Shown piece after piece: positions 34,911-47,456 of a DNA stretch of 64,000 nt. How positions within the stretch are numbered: position 1 is the stretch's first letter; each line of letters begins with the position of its first letter. Source of the stretch: Chiloscyllium plagiosum (taxonomy: Eukaryota); contig NC_057720.1 in NCBI RefSeq assembly GCF_004010195.1, forward strand, positions 36,700,334-36,764,333. Reading direction: 5' to 3'. The position numbers and the translations under genes are program-made. The notes below the pieces were generated by a model. It worked only from the letters and a program-made list of their open reading frames with translations. It did no database searches and had not been told where the DNA came from.

Positions 34911-36983
34911 AGAGGTCACTCACATGAACTACTGCCTGTGATGGGGAGTTCCAAATTCTTAGCGTTGTTTGGGTGCAGATGTTTCTTTTGAATTTCTAAT
35001 TGGTTTCTTGCTGACTATCTTGTATTGATGACCTTTTTAGTTATGCTTGCTCCTAGACAAGGAAACTTCCTATCTCTATCCACTCTTTAAAACCCTAATA
35101 GATTTGGTCTAAATCTGAGATAAGTAGATATTTGCTTTCCACATGTTATAAAAAAAATGGTTTGGATTGAATTAGGATTCAGATTGGGCAGGATGGTGTT
35201 AAATTGCAAAAGCAGGTTTGGAGTTGAGTAGTCTATTTATTTTACTCAGCTTTTTTAACTTGTATGCCCACACATTCAGATATCATCCTTGTTAATATTC
35301 TTTGCACCCTGCCTAGGGCCTATATCACTTCTATACTATAGTAATATTCAACACTTGTTTAGTATAACTTCCTTACCTTTCAATTCTGCCTTTCTAGAAA
35401 AGTCATTGTTTATAACAACATCAGTTGTGAGAAATGTTCCAGGAATCCATAACTGGGGAAGGAGGGCATGAGGATGGGGGTGTGTCTGTGGATAGTGTCC
35501 ACATAAACTATCAGAAAGTATTTAAGGCTCTGTATAATAGACTACCCTTGTACACGTGGCAATGGATGGAACCTTGTAAATTAAGTTGGTAGATAGAATA
35601 TTTCCTTATCCTTCCCTTTTCTAGTTTATAGGAAATGATGAAGGGCATGCATCACTTTGGCAGACCTGTATCTGAGACTACTACTTTTCAGAAGATCTAT
35701 CAATGATTGACATGAAGGAATAAAATTGTGTTTCGAATTTGGCAGATGATATTAATTTTGGCATCATTGGTTGTGTAGATGGAAGCAGGAAGCTACAATG
35801 ATGCATGAAGTATATCTGGGCAGATCAATAATGCATTTATCTCTGAGGAAATGAGAAGTAACTTACTTTGAAAATGAGATACAAATTAAGATTTTTGAAT
35901 GTAGTAACTTGGAGCCTTGCAAGAGTTGTAGCTGTTGGATCGCCATGTATCCAATTCATTCTAGTACAAATGATCAAAAAGAGTGTTCGAAATCAGTCAG
36001 GTATGAGTGTGTTTTGTTTGTTTTGGTGCAGAGCGTGTTTTAGTCAGAAAATGTTTTGGAGTGCTGCATTCATTTTGAACAGTAAATCTCAGGAAAGATG
36101 TATTTGATTTGAAGGGACTACATATCTCCAATTCTCCAGATAATATTTAAAGTGCTAAATTATGACCAGTTATGTGCACAATAACTGAGTTTAGAAGCTG
36201 GAATGATTATCACAGCAGTGTTTAAAATTATCTGAGGATTTATTTGACTATTTTACTTGGGGATTTCAGAGCAAGGAGATATATAGACTTGATATCAGAA
36301 CTAGATAATTTTGAAGTAGAAGGGGAAAGTATATCTAAGGAATATGGAGTTAATTAGAATTTAAGACTGAAATCAATCAAAAATTTGTATTTGGAAATGG
36401 TATTGAGCTTCAGTAGACAATATACTCTCTGGCCTATCGTGCCTGTGCTGACGTTTTGAAACAATTGTCCACTTCATTCCATTCTCAGCTGTTTTCCCTA
36501 TCACCCTTTTTTACTCACCCCACCCCCCAACCTCTCCATCCTCACAAAGGTACTTGGACATGTATTAATCTTACTAATGAATCTTCCTCCATCACCCTTT
36601 TCAGGCAGTGCATTCAGATCATAACCATAATTTGTAGTTCTCCTAGTCTCTCACCCTGATTCTTTTGCTCGTAATCTTAAACTTGTATTCTCTGGTGTAT
36701 TTTTAATTCCTCTGGTTATTTTATGGCTGATGAAGAGAATTCAGTTGCTCAATGCTGGATAAGTTGCTGAATTAGGAATTAAGTTAATGGACTTTATTTC
36801 AATGATTAAGGCAATCGACAGCACTGTTGGTTCTGTGTAATTGTGTACACGTAGTTCTATAATGCGATGGCTATGTTCTTGTGCAAGCCCGCATTATAGA
36901 AAAATCACGCTTGAGAAACAGCACCTATGGAGTTGGCGATTTCATTGCATTACAGCCACCACGTTTTAAAAGTTTATGCTTTC

Positions 36984-37312
36984 GAATCATAGAATTCCTA
37001 CAGTGTGGAAACAGGCCATTTGGCTCAACAAGTTCACACCGTCCCTCCAAGTATCCACCCCAGACCCATTCCCCTACTACCTCTTGCATTTCCTCTGGCT
37101 AATGCACCTCGCCTACACATCCCTGAACACTATGGGAAACATAGCATGGCCAATTCACCTGTCCGGCACATCTTTGGACTGTGGGAGGACACCAAAGCGC
37201 CTGGAGGAAACCCACGCACTCACTGGGAGAATGTGTGCAAACTCCACATAAGCAGTCGCCAGAGGGTGGAATAGAAGCTGCTTCCTTGTTGCTGTGAGGC
37301 AACAGTGTCCCC
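36984..37312 (-). mobile_element. HE1-like V-SINE
   Basis: Reverse complement of the element at 41913-42232. Confidence 0.85.
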
Positions 37313-37898
37313 AATTCATCACACACGTTGCAGTGAATTTGTGTTAACAAAATGCAAATTATAGCCAAATAACCTCTAGTTATACTGAGGAACATTTGAT
37401 TAATTTTTAGCTTCATTTTGGCAAATTCTTTATTAGCAAAAACATGCTTGGATGAGAGAAGCTGGTGAGTTGCAGCCTTGAGTCTTAGAATTATTTGAAG
37501 TTGAATGATTCTGCTGTAACGGTTGGAGTAAATGTACAGAAACTGGAGGGGAAGTTTCTAAACCACATTGTGAATTCTGGACAAGCTTTGAACCACTGTT
37601 GACCTCGTGCCAGTGTTCAGTACTATTGCTAATACTAAATTGAGACCCAGCATCTTTTTAACAAACAATCAACTTAGACTTGGAAAACCTGCCACAAATG
37701 TTGGATATGAAGCCTTCATGTCAGATTTTATATGACAGTGATAATTTTGTAATTATTGATGTCAGCAGAAGAATTGGGTTAATAGATTTTATTGAATGAC
37801 TAAATATGTCTTGTCTTTCCTTCAGCTCGCTTCCAACTAAGTAATTGAAAAGAATTCTGGATGCTAAAATGTGAAACCCATTTTTGCCACACTCTGGA

Positions 37899-38114
37899 AT
37901 GGATCGAAACAAAAGGAATTCGATAGCTGGCTTGCCGTCAAGGAATGAGCGACCAGAGGATTTTGATGGCAATAGAGAAGGTGGCATTGCTCAATCAGGG
38001 ACAGGGTTTCCATCAACCTACAGAGCCCTGAGTAGTGCTGTGTCCAGACTTACTAGACTTGACGATTTCACCTGTGAAAAAATAGGATCTGGATTTTTCT
38101 CTGAAGTTTACAAG
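37899..38114 (+). CDS. TESK2: Dual-specificity testis-specific kinase 2, first coding exon (exon 37826-38114)
   Basis: [13 protein letters not shown]...[32 protein letters not shown] matches the recalled TESK2 N-terminus (MDRSKRNSIAGFP...[19 protein letters not shown]). Acceptor TCTTTCCTTCAG ends at 37825; phase-0 GT donor at 38115. Confidence 0.95.
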
Positions 38115-38624
38115 GTTTGTTAATGTATTCTAGTACTTACCTTTTTGTAAAATATAACTGGCAGTGAAGGACTTATAATCTCTGTTATGAAATGTGATTT
38201 TTATATTGTTTGTACCTTCCTCATTTGTTAATCTGTCGTCTTTGGAAGCCAGGAAACGGAATGGTCAGTATGAATCCCAGGATTCTGTGGCCTTATTGCT
38301 GTGTAATCTGTTGACCAAGAGGAGAAAGCCTGTCTAATGTGAAATATCTTGAAATCTTAATCGAGCCTAATTAAGCTTAAAAGAAAAACACGTTTATGTT
38401 ATTGTACTATAAAGGAAGTGCCTTAATTACTTCTGGATGCTGTTGAAATGTGAACTGTTATTGTGAATGTCAATCTCCTTTGGATATGCATGTTTCAGCT
38501 CCTTGCTTGAGAGATGGTCCCTTGTAGTGCAGTGGTAGTGTCCGTACCTCTGAGCTAGGAAGTTATGGTTACCACTAACTCCAGAGATATGTTGTAGCTG
38601 ATCTGTACAAACTGAAGAATATCA

Positions 38625-39700
38625 AGGTGCTATCTAAGGATCTTTCGGTGAATCTCTGTAGTGCAACTTGTAGATGATACACACTGAATGCATGTGGAGG
38701 AAGTGGATGTGTTGCCAGTCAAGTGGGCTGCTTTGTCCTGGGTGGTATCAAGTTTCTGGTTTGTTTTTGGAGTTGCACTCATCCAGACGATTGGGGAGTA
38801 TTCCGTCTTGCTCACGATTTGTATCTTGGCGATGGTGGATAGGTTTTTGGGAAGCAGTAGTGAGTTACTCACTACTGGGGGCGGCACAGTGGCTCAGTGG
38901 TTAGCACTGCTGCGTCATAGCGCCAGGGATCCGGGTTCAATTCCCGCCTCGGGCAACTGTGTGGAGTTTGCACATTCTCCCCGTGTCTGCATGATTTTCC
39001 TCCGGGTGCTCTGGTTTCCTCCCACAATCCAAAAATGTGCAGGGCGGGTGAATTGGCCATGCTAAATTGCACGTGGTGTTAGGTGGATTAGTCAGGGGTA
39101 AATATAGGGGGTTGGGTTTCTGTTTGGAGGGTTGGTGTGGACTTATTGGGCTGAAGGGCCTGTTTCCATACTGTAGGGAATCTTAAAAAAAAAAAAAATT
39201 CTAACCAACGTCTAGCTTCTGACCTGTTCTTATAGCCACTGTATTTATATGGGAATCCACTTTTGTTTCCAGTCAATGGTAACTCTCAGGATGTTGATAG
39301 TGGGGGATTCTGTGATGGCAATACCATTTGAATGTCAAAGGGTGGTGAGATGGTCATTGTCTGGCATTTGTGTGGTGTGAATGCTCCTTGCTGCTTCTCA
39401 TGCCAAGCCTGGATATCGTCCATGTTTTGTTGCATTTGGAAGTGGAATGTTTCAGTATTGGAGTTGTGAATGGTGTTGAACATCGTGCAGTCATTGGGGA
39501 ACATCCCCACTTCTGACCGAAAGATGGGAAGCAACTGAAAATGGTTGGACCCAGGAGACTATCCTGAGGAGCTCTGAAGAGATGTCTTGGAGCTGAGATG
39601 AATGACTTGCAACAACTACAATCATCTTCCTTTGTGGCAGTTATGATACCAACTGTCAGAATATTTCCTCCCGATTCCCATTGACTCCAGTTTTTCTATG
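38625..39700 (-). mobile_element. Family-B LINE fragment interrupted by a V-SINE
   Basis: Minus-strand EYSPIVWM...LDTTQDKAA and EVGMFPNDCTMF; homologous to 15.9-16.9 kb. Confidence 0.75.
38879..39183 (+). mobile_element. HE1-like V-SINE
   Basis: tRNA head with A/B boxes, V domain TGTGTGGAGTTTGCACATTCTCCCCGTGTCTGC, CR1-type tail. Confidence 0.9.
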
Positions 39701-40424
39701 CCTAGGATTTATTGTCACCAATCCTGTTGCCTTGTTTGATGTCTGGTCTTCATAGTGCAACAACAATCCAGAAACACAGTGACTGCACCCTGGGAAAATT
39801 GGTTGAGCACTAATTTGTTCTGCCACAATTGTGCTGATTTATGTTATGTTCACACAGTTAATTGGCGCCCAGTCTGATCTGGAGGAATGTTTTGATTTTA
39901 TTGTGTACTATAAAGTGTGAAAGGAGACCCTAGTAAGTGACTCAATTACAAATTGACTGTTCATCTCAAAAGGTTCAGTAATGTTGATTGACTTTCTTAC
40001 TGGTAGAAAGGATTAGGTGGAAGTTGTGGGGGTAGGTGGCCAGGCTTTAAACATGAATGTTTTCTTAGCGATTACCATTTTAACATGTCCTGTTTTGGGC
40101 CTTTTGCTAATTTTAACTTAAAAGCAAATGAAGAGAATAGTAGGCCACGTCCTGTTAAATTAATCCAATGCTGCTGTAAAACAGGACGATTAATTCTTCT
40201 GGTGGCATGTTGACCAGTTTACATTCACTATTTCTCTTTAATCAAAGTTCATTGAAAAAGAATGTTGTTAAGCGAACAGTCATTTTTAACATATAGGCTT
40301 ATGGAGGTGGTGAACTGTTTTCTAGCTTAACCAGTGATTTCATAATCATGTGGCCAGTATCCTAAACGAAGTGGCCAGTCTAGTTTTTTTTTTGGAAAAC
40401 TGATTCATTTGAATTGGAAATCGT

Positions 40425-41400
40425 AAAGCACCTTCCATACCAGGCAACATCCTTGTAAACCTTCTATGCATCCTCTCCAAAACATCCACATCCTTTTGGT
40501 AATGTGGTGACCAGAACTGTACACAGTATTCTAAATGTGGCCAAACCAATGTTGTGTACAATTTTAGCATGACCTGCCAGCTCCGATACTCAATACCCAG
40601 TCCGATGAAGGCAAGCACACCATATGCCTTCTTGACTACTCTATCCACCTGTGCAGCAACCTTCAGGGTTCAATGGACCTGCACTCCCAGATCTCTCTGC
40701 CTATCAACTTTTTCCAAGGCTCTTGCATTTACTGTATAGTTCGCTCAAGAATTTGACTTCCCAAAATGCATCACCTCACATTTGCCTGGATTGAACGCCA
40801 TCTGCCACTTCTTCACCCAACTCTCCAGTCTATCTATAGTCTCTTGTATTCTTTGACAGTCCCTTATGCTTTCTGCTACTCCACCAATCTTCGTGTCACC
40901 TCATACCAACAGTGCCCTCTTCCAGATAATTTATGTATATCACAAACAACAGTGGCCCCAGCACTTGATCCCTGTGGAACACCATTTTGAGAAACTCCCT
41001 TCAACTACTACGCTCCATCTCTGTCAACCAATTCTTTATCCACCTAGCTAGAACATCCTGCACACCATGTGACTTCACTTTCTCCATTAGTTTACCATAG
41101 GGAACCTTACTGAACGCCTTACTAAAGGTCCATGTATATGACATGTACAGCGCTTCCTTCATCTATCAACCTGGTCACTTCCTCAAAAGAACTCTATTAA
41201 GTTGGTAAGGCACGATCTCCCCCGCACAAAACCATGTTGCCTATCACTGATAAGCACATTCTTTTGCAAACAGAAATAGATTTTATCCCTCAATACCTTC
41301 TCCAGCAACTTTCCCACCACTGACATCAGGTCACTGGTCTGTAGTTACCCAGAATATCCCTACTACCCTTCTTGTACAGGGGGACAACATGAGTAACCCT
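40425..41400 (-). mobile_element. CR1 LINE RT fragment
   Basis: Minus ORF 40346-40648 (LYTTLVWPHLEYCVQFWSP) and upstream RT remnants. Confidence 0.85.
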
Positions 41401-41912
41401 CCAACACCTTATAGCCTCTTTGCAGACTCCTGATATCCTCTTGACAACTTTCTTTCTGAACTACAAGGACATAGTGAACCAGATGGATTTTGGTAAGAAT
41501 CTGGTAAATTCATGAGAATAATTAACAATAACTCCATTTCAGATATATTAATAGACTTCTCCCAATTGTCATGGTACCATTTGAACTGGCCACTGATTCA
41601 GATGTGTGTTCTAAATTCCACCTTCAGCAATGAAGTTATATCCAGTTTTCTCTGTTCTTACAAAAACATTGCATTCCACTGTGTACAGTATGGAGTTGAT
41701 AAAGTCTGAATCAATTCCCACCAAGGTGTGGTGCTCTTAATCTTATCTGAAAGCAACCTTTTAATGAAAGCATTCTTTTTGTCAGTCAATGCACATGCTT
41801 ATTTTGTGAAGTTCCGTTTGCCAAATGCATCTCAAGTAAAGGTTAGATGCATTAGGTTAGATGCATTAGTCAGGGGTGAATGTTGGGGAACGGGTCTGAG
41901 AAGTTTACTAGT

Positions 41913-42232
41913 GGGCGGCATGGTGGCACAGCGGTTAGCACTGCTGCCTCACAGCGCCAGAGACCCGGGTTCAATTCCCGCCTCAGGCGACTGACTGTGT
42001 GGAGTTTGCACGTTCTCCCCGTGTCTGCGTGGTTTCCTCCGGGTGCTCCGGTTTCCTCCCACAGTCCAAAGATGTGCATGTTAGGTGAATTGGCCATGCT
42101 AAATTGCCCGTAGTGTTAGGTAAGGGGTAAATGTAGGGGTATGGGTGGGTTGCGCTTCGGCGGGGCGGGGTGGACTTGTTGGGCCGAAGGGCCTGTTTCC
42201 ACACTGTAAGTAATCTAATCTAATCTAATCTA
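41913..42232 (+). mobile_element. HE1-like V-SINE, full length and little diverged
   Basis: A box TGGCACAGCGG, B box GGTTCAATTCC, V domain, CR1-type tail GGGCCGAAGGGCCTGTTTCC, (TAATC)n end. Confidence 0.92.
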
Positions 42233-42480
42233 AAGAGGTCATGATGTCACAACCTATCCCAGGTTCTATCATGAAACGGGTTGGCCACGCTGAAACCAAA
42301 CTATTTACAACTGTTCATAGCCCTCACTATCAAGATTCTTTTTCTTCTTCCCAGTTTACTACCAATAATTCCTTTGCCAAATGACCTTTTATTTTTCTCC
42401 CCTCTGTCTCTGGGCTGCATCTCTACCTATCCGCTCACTCCTTTAGCCCTCATGCCTCATCAACATAAGTTGATGGCATG

Positions 42481-42792
42481 GGGCGGCACAGTGACTCCGT
42501 GGTTAGCACTGCTGCCTCACAGCGCCGGGGTTCGATTCCCGCCTCGGATAACTGTCTGTGTGGAGTTTGCACGCTCTCCCAGTGTCTGCGTGGGTTTTCT
42601 CCAGGTGCTCCAGTTTCCTCCCACAGTCCTAAGATGTGCAGGTCAGGTGGATTGGTCATGCTAAATTGCTCATAATGTTAGATGCATTAATCAGGGGTGA
42701 ATGTAGGGGAATGGGCCTGGGTGGATTGCTCTTCGGTGGACTTGTTGGGCCGAAGGGCCTGTTTCCGCACTGTAAGGAATCTAATCTAATCT
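42481..42792 (+). mobile_element. HE1-like V-SINE inserted in a Penelope-like terminus (about 42330-42938)
   Basis: Same structure as 41913-42232; the flanks join into a Penelope-type terminus (CACAGATCCTGCCAGACCTGCTCAG). Confidence 0.85.
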
Positions 42793-44364
42793 TAAAAATA
42801 CCACCTTTCCTGGCTGCTTTCAGTTCTATAGAAGGTCACTGACCTCAAAATATTAACTCTGATTTCTCTCCACAGATCCTGCCAGACCTGCTCAGTTTTT
42901 CAAGCTATTTCTGTTTGTGTTTCAGATCTCCAGTATCTATATTTGGACTACGGTTCATATTTGGACTACGTACTTTTAACCATCTTCCTCTCATGTAAAT
43001 GAGAATCCTACACCTCAGCGAATCAAAAGCTACTATGATTATGAACAATAAACACTTGCTGGATAAACAATCCATGGAGGTTACAATTTGGATACAAAAT
43101 GTATTTAAGGAGTAGTAGCATCATAATTCAGGCTCACCCACTAAACAAATATGTCATACACAATAAAAGACACTTCAGTTACACTTTACATAATGAGCAA
43201 AAAATCCATCCAATTCACTCATGTTCTTTCAGGAAGGAAATCCTTCCCTGGTTGAGTCTTGATGTGACTCCAGGTATACAACAATGTGATCAACTTTTAA
43301 CTGCCCTCTGAAAAGCTCTAGCAATATATTATGTTGAAGGAAAATTAACAATGTGCAATGGCTATCAGCTTTTCCAGTGATGCCCACATCCTGTGAAAGA
43401 ATAAAGTCGTAAGGATATAGAACGTAGTTTGAGCAATTGTAAGAGAGGAAGTTCAGAAAAGAAAAATCATAGGGGAGGTCTGACAAGGTGGAGGACAGGG
43501 GTAATCAAAATGACAAAAGATCACTAGTGCAAGGCCAAAAGCAGCATTATTAGGACAAGCGTTTTCTTAAAAAAACAGGGGTGGCAATAGGAGGTCTGAC
43601 TGGCAAAATTATGAACATCAGCCCTTAGAAAGGGAGAATAGAAAAACAAAAGTGAAAAATTAAAACCAAATCAAGAGCAAGGAAATAAAACAAGGCACAG
43701 GTTATAAAGTGAAACTGTTGAACTTAGAGCCCAGAAAACCTTAGCATTCCTAAAAGAGATGCTGTTCCTTAAGCTTTTACAAGGTTTGTGAAAAAGTCTT
43801 TTATACTATAGAGGCAAGTGTTCTTTTCCCCTTGGAACTAAGACTCTAAACTGTTGCATAGTTTGTAAATGCTACCATCGAACTTAATTTGGATATAGGT
43901 TTGTTTGCTCAGCAAGCAAACCTACATCCAGAACCTCGACCTGAGTTATAAATCTTCTCAAACCATGCCACCAGAACTTAAATTCTTTATATTATTCCTG
44001 ATTAGGGAATGAAAAAGTCAGAGTTCTTTCTATACAACTACCAAATGATATTCTGATTGCTAGTCAGAAGACTTTTCTTGAGGAAACTTGCAAGAGGACA
44101 TACAGCTTCATTATACGTGATCTCAAGAGGATCCCTATAAACAAATATTCAAATAGTACACAAAAGCTTAAGAAAACAAATGATTTCTCCTATCCTGCCT
44201 GGGAATAACACAAAGAAACAAAATTTATGATAAAACCTACAAACTTAGCGGTGCATTGAATCTTATTTCTGAAAGGAAACATACCTGCTTTGCCAATCAC
44301 AGAAGCCCTACAGTGTGGCGGCCTGTCTCCCCAGTGTAGTGGAGATCCCCACCAACTCACTCTC

Positions 44365-45100
44365 CTCTCCCAGCACCTTCCCCTGCCATCGCAAGAATTG
44401 CAAAACCTGCGCACACACCTTCCCCCTTACCTTCGTCCTAGGCCCCAAAGGAGCCTTCCACATCAGTCAGAGATTTACCTGCACTTCCACACACGTCATT
44501 TATTGTATCTGTTGGTCCTGACATGGTCTCCTCTACTCTGGGGAGACAGGATGCCTACTTACAGAATGCTTCAAAGACCATCTCCGGGACACACGCACGA
44601 AACAACCCCACCGCCCAGTGGCCGAACACTTCGATTCCCCTCCCACTCCGCCAAGGACATGCAGGTCCTGGGTCTACTCCACCGCCAAACCCTTCCTACT
44701 TGATGCCTGGAGAATGAACGTCTCACTTTCCACCTTGGGGCCTTCCAATCACACGGGATCAATGTGGACTTCACAAGTTTCCTCGTTTCCCCTCCCACCA
44801 CCTTATCCCAGATCCAACTTTCCAACTCAGCACTGCTCTCTTGACCTGGATATTCTTCCTTCCCACCTATCTGCTCCACCCTCCTCTCTGACCTATCTTC
44901 ATCTACCTATCACATTCTCAGCTATCTTTCCCCCAGCCCCACCCATTTATCTCTCTGCCCCCTTGGGTCACCCCTTCATTCCTGAAGAAAAGCTTATGCT
45001 CGAAACATTGATTCTCCTGCTCAAGATGCTGCCTGACCAGCAGTGCTTTTCCAGCATCACACTCTTCGATTCTGATCTCCAGCATCTGCAGGGCTCGCTT
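44365..45100 (+). mobile_element. Penelope-like element 3' part (GIY-YIG remnant plus terminus)
   Basis: FPCHRKNCKTCAH...FTCTSTHVIYCI; terminus CCTGAAGAAAAGCTTATGCTCGAAAC. Confidence 0.85.
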
Positions 45101-45109
45101 TCTTCCCTT

Positions 45110-45570
45110 CCTAATCATGTATTTGTCCAAGTGTCTTTTAAATGTCATTTAAAACTGCATTTACTACTTCCAACAGCAGTTCCTTCAACATACGAACCAC
45201 CCTATGTGTGAAAATGTTGCCCCTCGGGTCCCTTTTAAATTTTTCCCCTCTCACTTTAAAATTTGCCATCAAACATGGAACTTCCCCATTCTAGGAAAAA
45301 GAACTTTGCTATTCACCTTATCTATATTCCTCATGATTTTATAAATCTCTATAAAATCACCCCTTAAGCCTCCTACACTCAATTGAAAATAAAAAAAAAA
45401 GAGTCCCAGGTTAACCAACCTCTCCTCATAACTCAAACCCTCCAGACCCGGCAATATCCTGCTAAGTCTTTTCTGAACCCTTTCCAATTTAATAATATCC
45501 TTCCTATAGCAAGGCAACCAAAACTGTACATAGTATCTCCAAAAGCAGCTTCACCAACATCCTGTACAAC
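45110..45570 (-). mobile_element. CR1 LINE 3' fragment
   Basis: Minus ORF 45269-45517 (KLERVQKR...LRGDFIEIYKIM). Confidence 0.8.
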
Positions 45571-46073
45571 CTCAAATCATCCTGAGCAAATATACTTGGA
45601 AGGTACACCAACATTCCTAAACACACAACCAGAGATATTACAGCTTCACTGCAAATGGAAAGTTTTTACACTCAGATGAGGACTAAAGGCTCTAAGGAGT
45701 TTAAAAGATTTGCAAAATAAAACCAACTTAATTCTTATACAAAACCAATGGGATGAATATAACAACAGTCTCTAAGCAACTACAATAAATATAAATTGAG
45801 GCACCATTGAGATATAAAAGTAATCTGCACTTCTATAGGATTGGAGAGAATCTAGCATTAATTAATGAGAAGCACAATTAGTAGAAAGACAGGGCATCCT
45901 GTAGCAACTACAAAGCTTTCTCACTTTCTGCTGGAGGAAAGGGCCAATCCTCCAGCCTGTGAGGTGCAGAGGCTGTTACCCTTTGCTATAAGAACAAGAG
46001 TGCTTGCGGCAGTTGTAGGAACTATTGAGACTTCAATGCCTCCCACGTTCTCAGCACAACATTATAGTGTTAA

Positions 46074-46420
46074 GGGGAGGCAAGGGCTTAGTGGTATTAT
46101 CACTAGAGTGATAATCCAGAAGCCCAGGTAATGTTCTGGGGACCAAGGTTCAAATCCCACCATAGTAGAATTTGAATTGTCTAACAAAAACGAGGATTTA
46201 AGAATCTAAAGATGACCACGAAACCATTATCGCTTGTCAAAAAAAAACCATCTAGTTCACCAATGTCCTTTAGGGAAGGAAACTGCCATCCTCACCTGGT
46301 CTGTCCCATGTGACTTCAAACCCACAGCGTTGTGGTGGACTCTTAACTGCTCTCTGGGTTGAGCAATAAATGCTGGCCCAGCCAGTGAAACCATCATCCT
46401 ATGAATGAATAAAAATAAAA
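46074..46420 (+). mobile_element. tRNA-derived SINE (family B); further copy at about 49070-49350
   Basis: B box GGTTCAAATCCC, central GTTCACCAATGTCCTTTAGGGAAGGAAACTGCCATCC domain, tail GCAATAAATGCTGGCCCAGCCAG...ATGAATGAAT. Confidence 0.8.
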
Positions 46421-47309
46421 ATCCAGAACCCAGGTTCTAATGATCCAGGCTCTCAGATTTAAATCCCATCACAGCAGATGGAGAAACTTCACTGCCTTGT
46501 AATTGTCTTTAGTTAAGTTTAAAGATACCAGTAACAGACTCATTTCTCACACACAAACTGAGTAAGAAATCCTATCATGCTATGTTCCCTTTTAATCCTG
46601 CCTCATTACACAAAACTGGGTCAAAATGATCTAGCCTGATAGTATTATTTCAAGAAAATGTACCAAATACAGAATGAACTCCTCCTTTAGCCAATTGTTC
46701 TGAATTCCTTTTGCCTAATTGACGCAAAATTCAAGTCATCCACAATTATTGCAGCACTTTTCTTCAAAACCCCATCAATTCTTAATGTATACTCTGCCCT
46801 GTAGGGGAATTGTTGGGGGTCCTACAAATTATAATGGTGTACCCCAACTATACATCAAACTGAATATTATAGCATGAGTGAATTTTTCTCCGCTAAAAAC
46901 TGAACAGTTGGTAGAAGGTTCTTGAGTGAAGATTGGGAAAGTTAGAGAAAAAGCAAGGTAATAGCGCAAGCTAATGATATCCAGTTTTACGTAATGTTGG
47001 GGTATACCATTATATACAGTACCACGCATTTTCAATGTAATGATGATTCTAGTGTACTAAATGCCAAGGTACATACTCCCCTATATCGAGTAAGACTTCA
47101 TCAACATGTGCTTAAATTATGTTTGGCAAAAAAATTAGACTTGGCAAAAATGTATTTCCTATGAATTGATTCTGCTCCATTAGTTATTAAATTATTGTGA
47201 AATAGTCTTAATAAATGTTAATTACTGTTTCCCAAGGATCGCAAGATTGAATTAACACCCTAAGGATTAAATAGCAATTATTTTTAATTTCTCCCTCCAT
47301 ATACTGAAC

Positions 47310-47456
47310 CTTAGAAGTCAAATCCCGATGAAAGACACCCTTTGAGTGCAGGTAGCTGAGTCCACAGGCAAGATCATGTGCTATTTTGACTCTAACGCGC
47401 CAGGAGAGATGATCACTGCTGTCCAATAATTGTTCAAGGTTGCCTCTATTAATATA
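47310..47456 (-). CDS. TESK2: TESK2 internal exon (147 nt, kinase subdomains V-VIb)
   Basis: [49 protein letters not shown], with the TESK-type catalytic loop HRDLTSK. Acceptor TTATTTTCAG and GT donor on the minus strand, phase 0/0. Confidence 0.95.

Noticed and set aside
11300..37800. Numerous 60-150 aa ORFs in intron 1
   Set aside because: They are either fragments of the listed retroelements or chance ORFs without domain or splice support.
41913..41985. tRNA genes at SINE heads (also 38879, 42481, 46074)
   Set aside because: A/B boxes continue into SINE body and LINE-derived tail; these are tRNA-derived SINEs, not tRNA genes.
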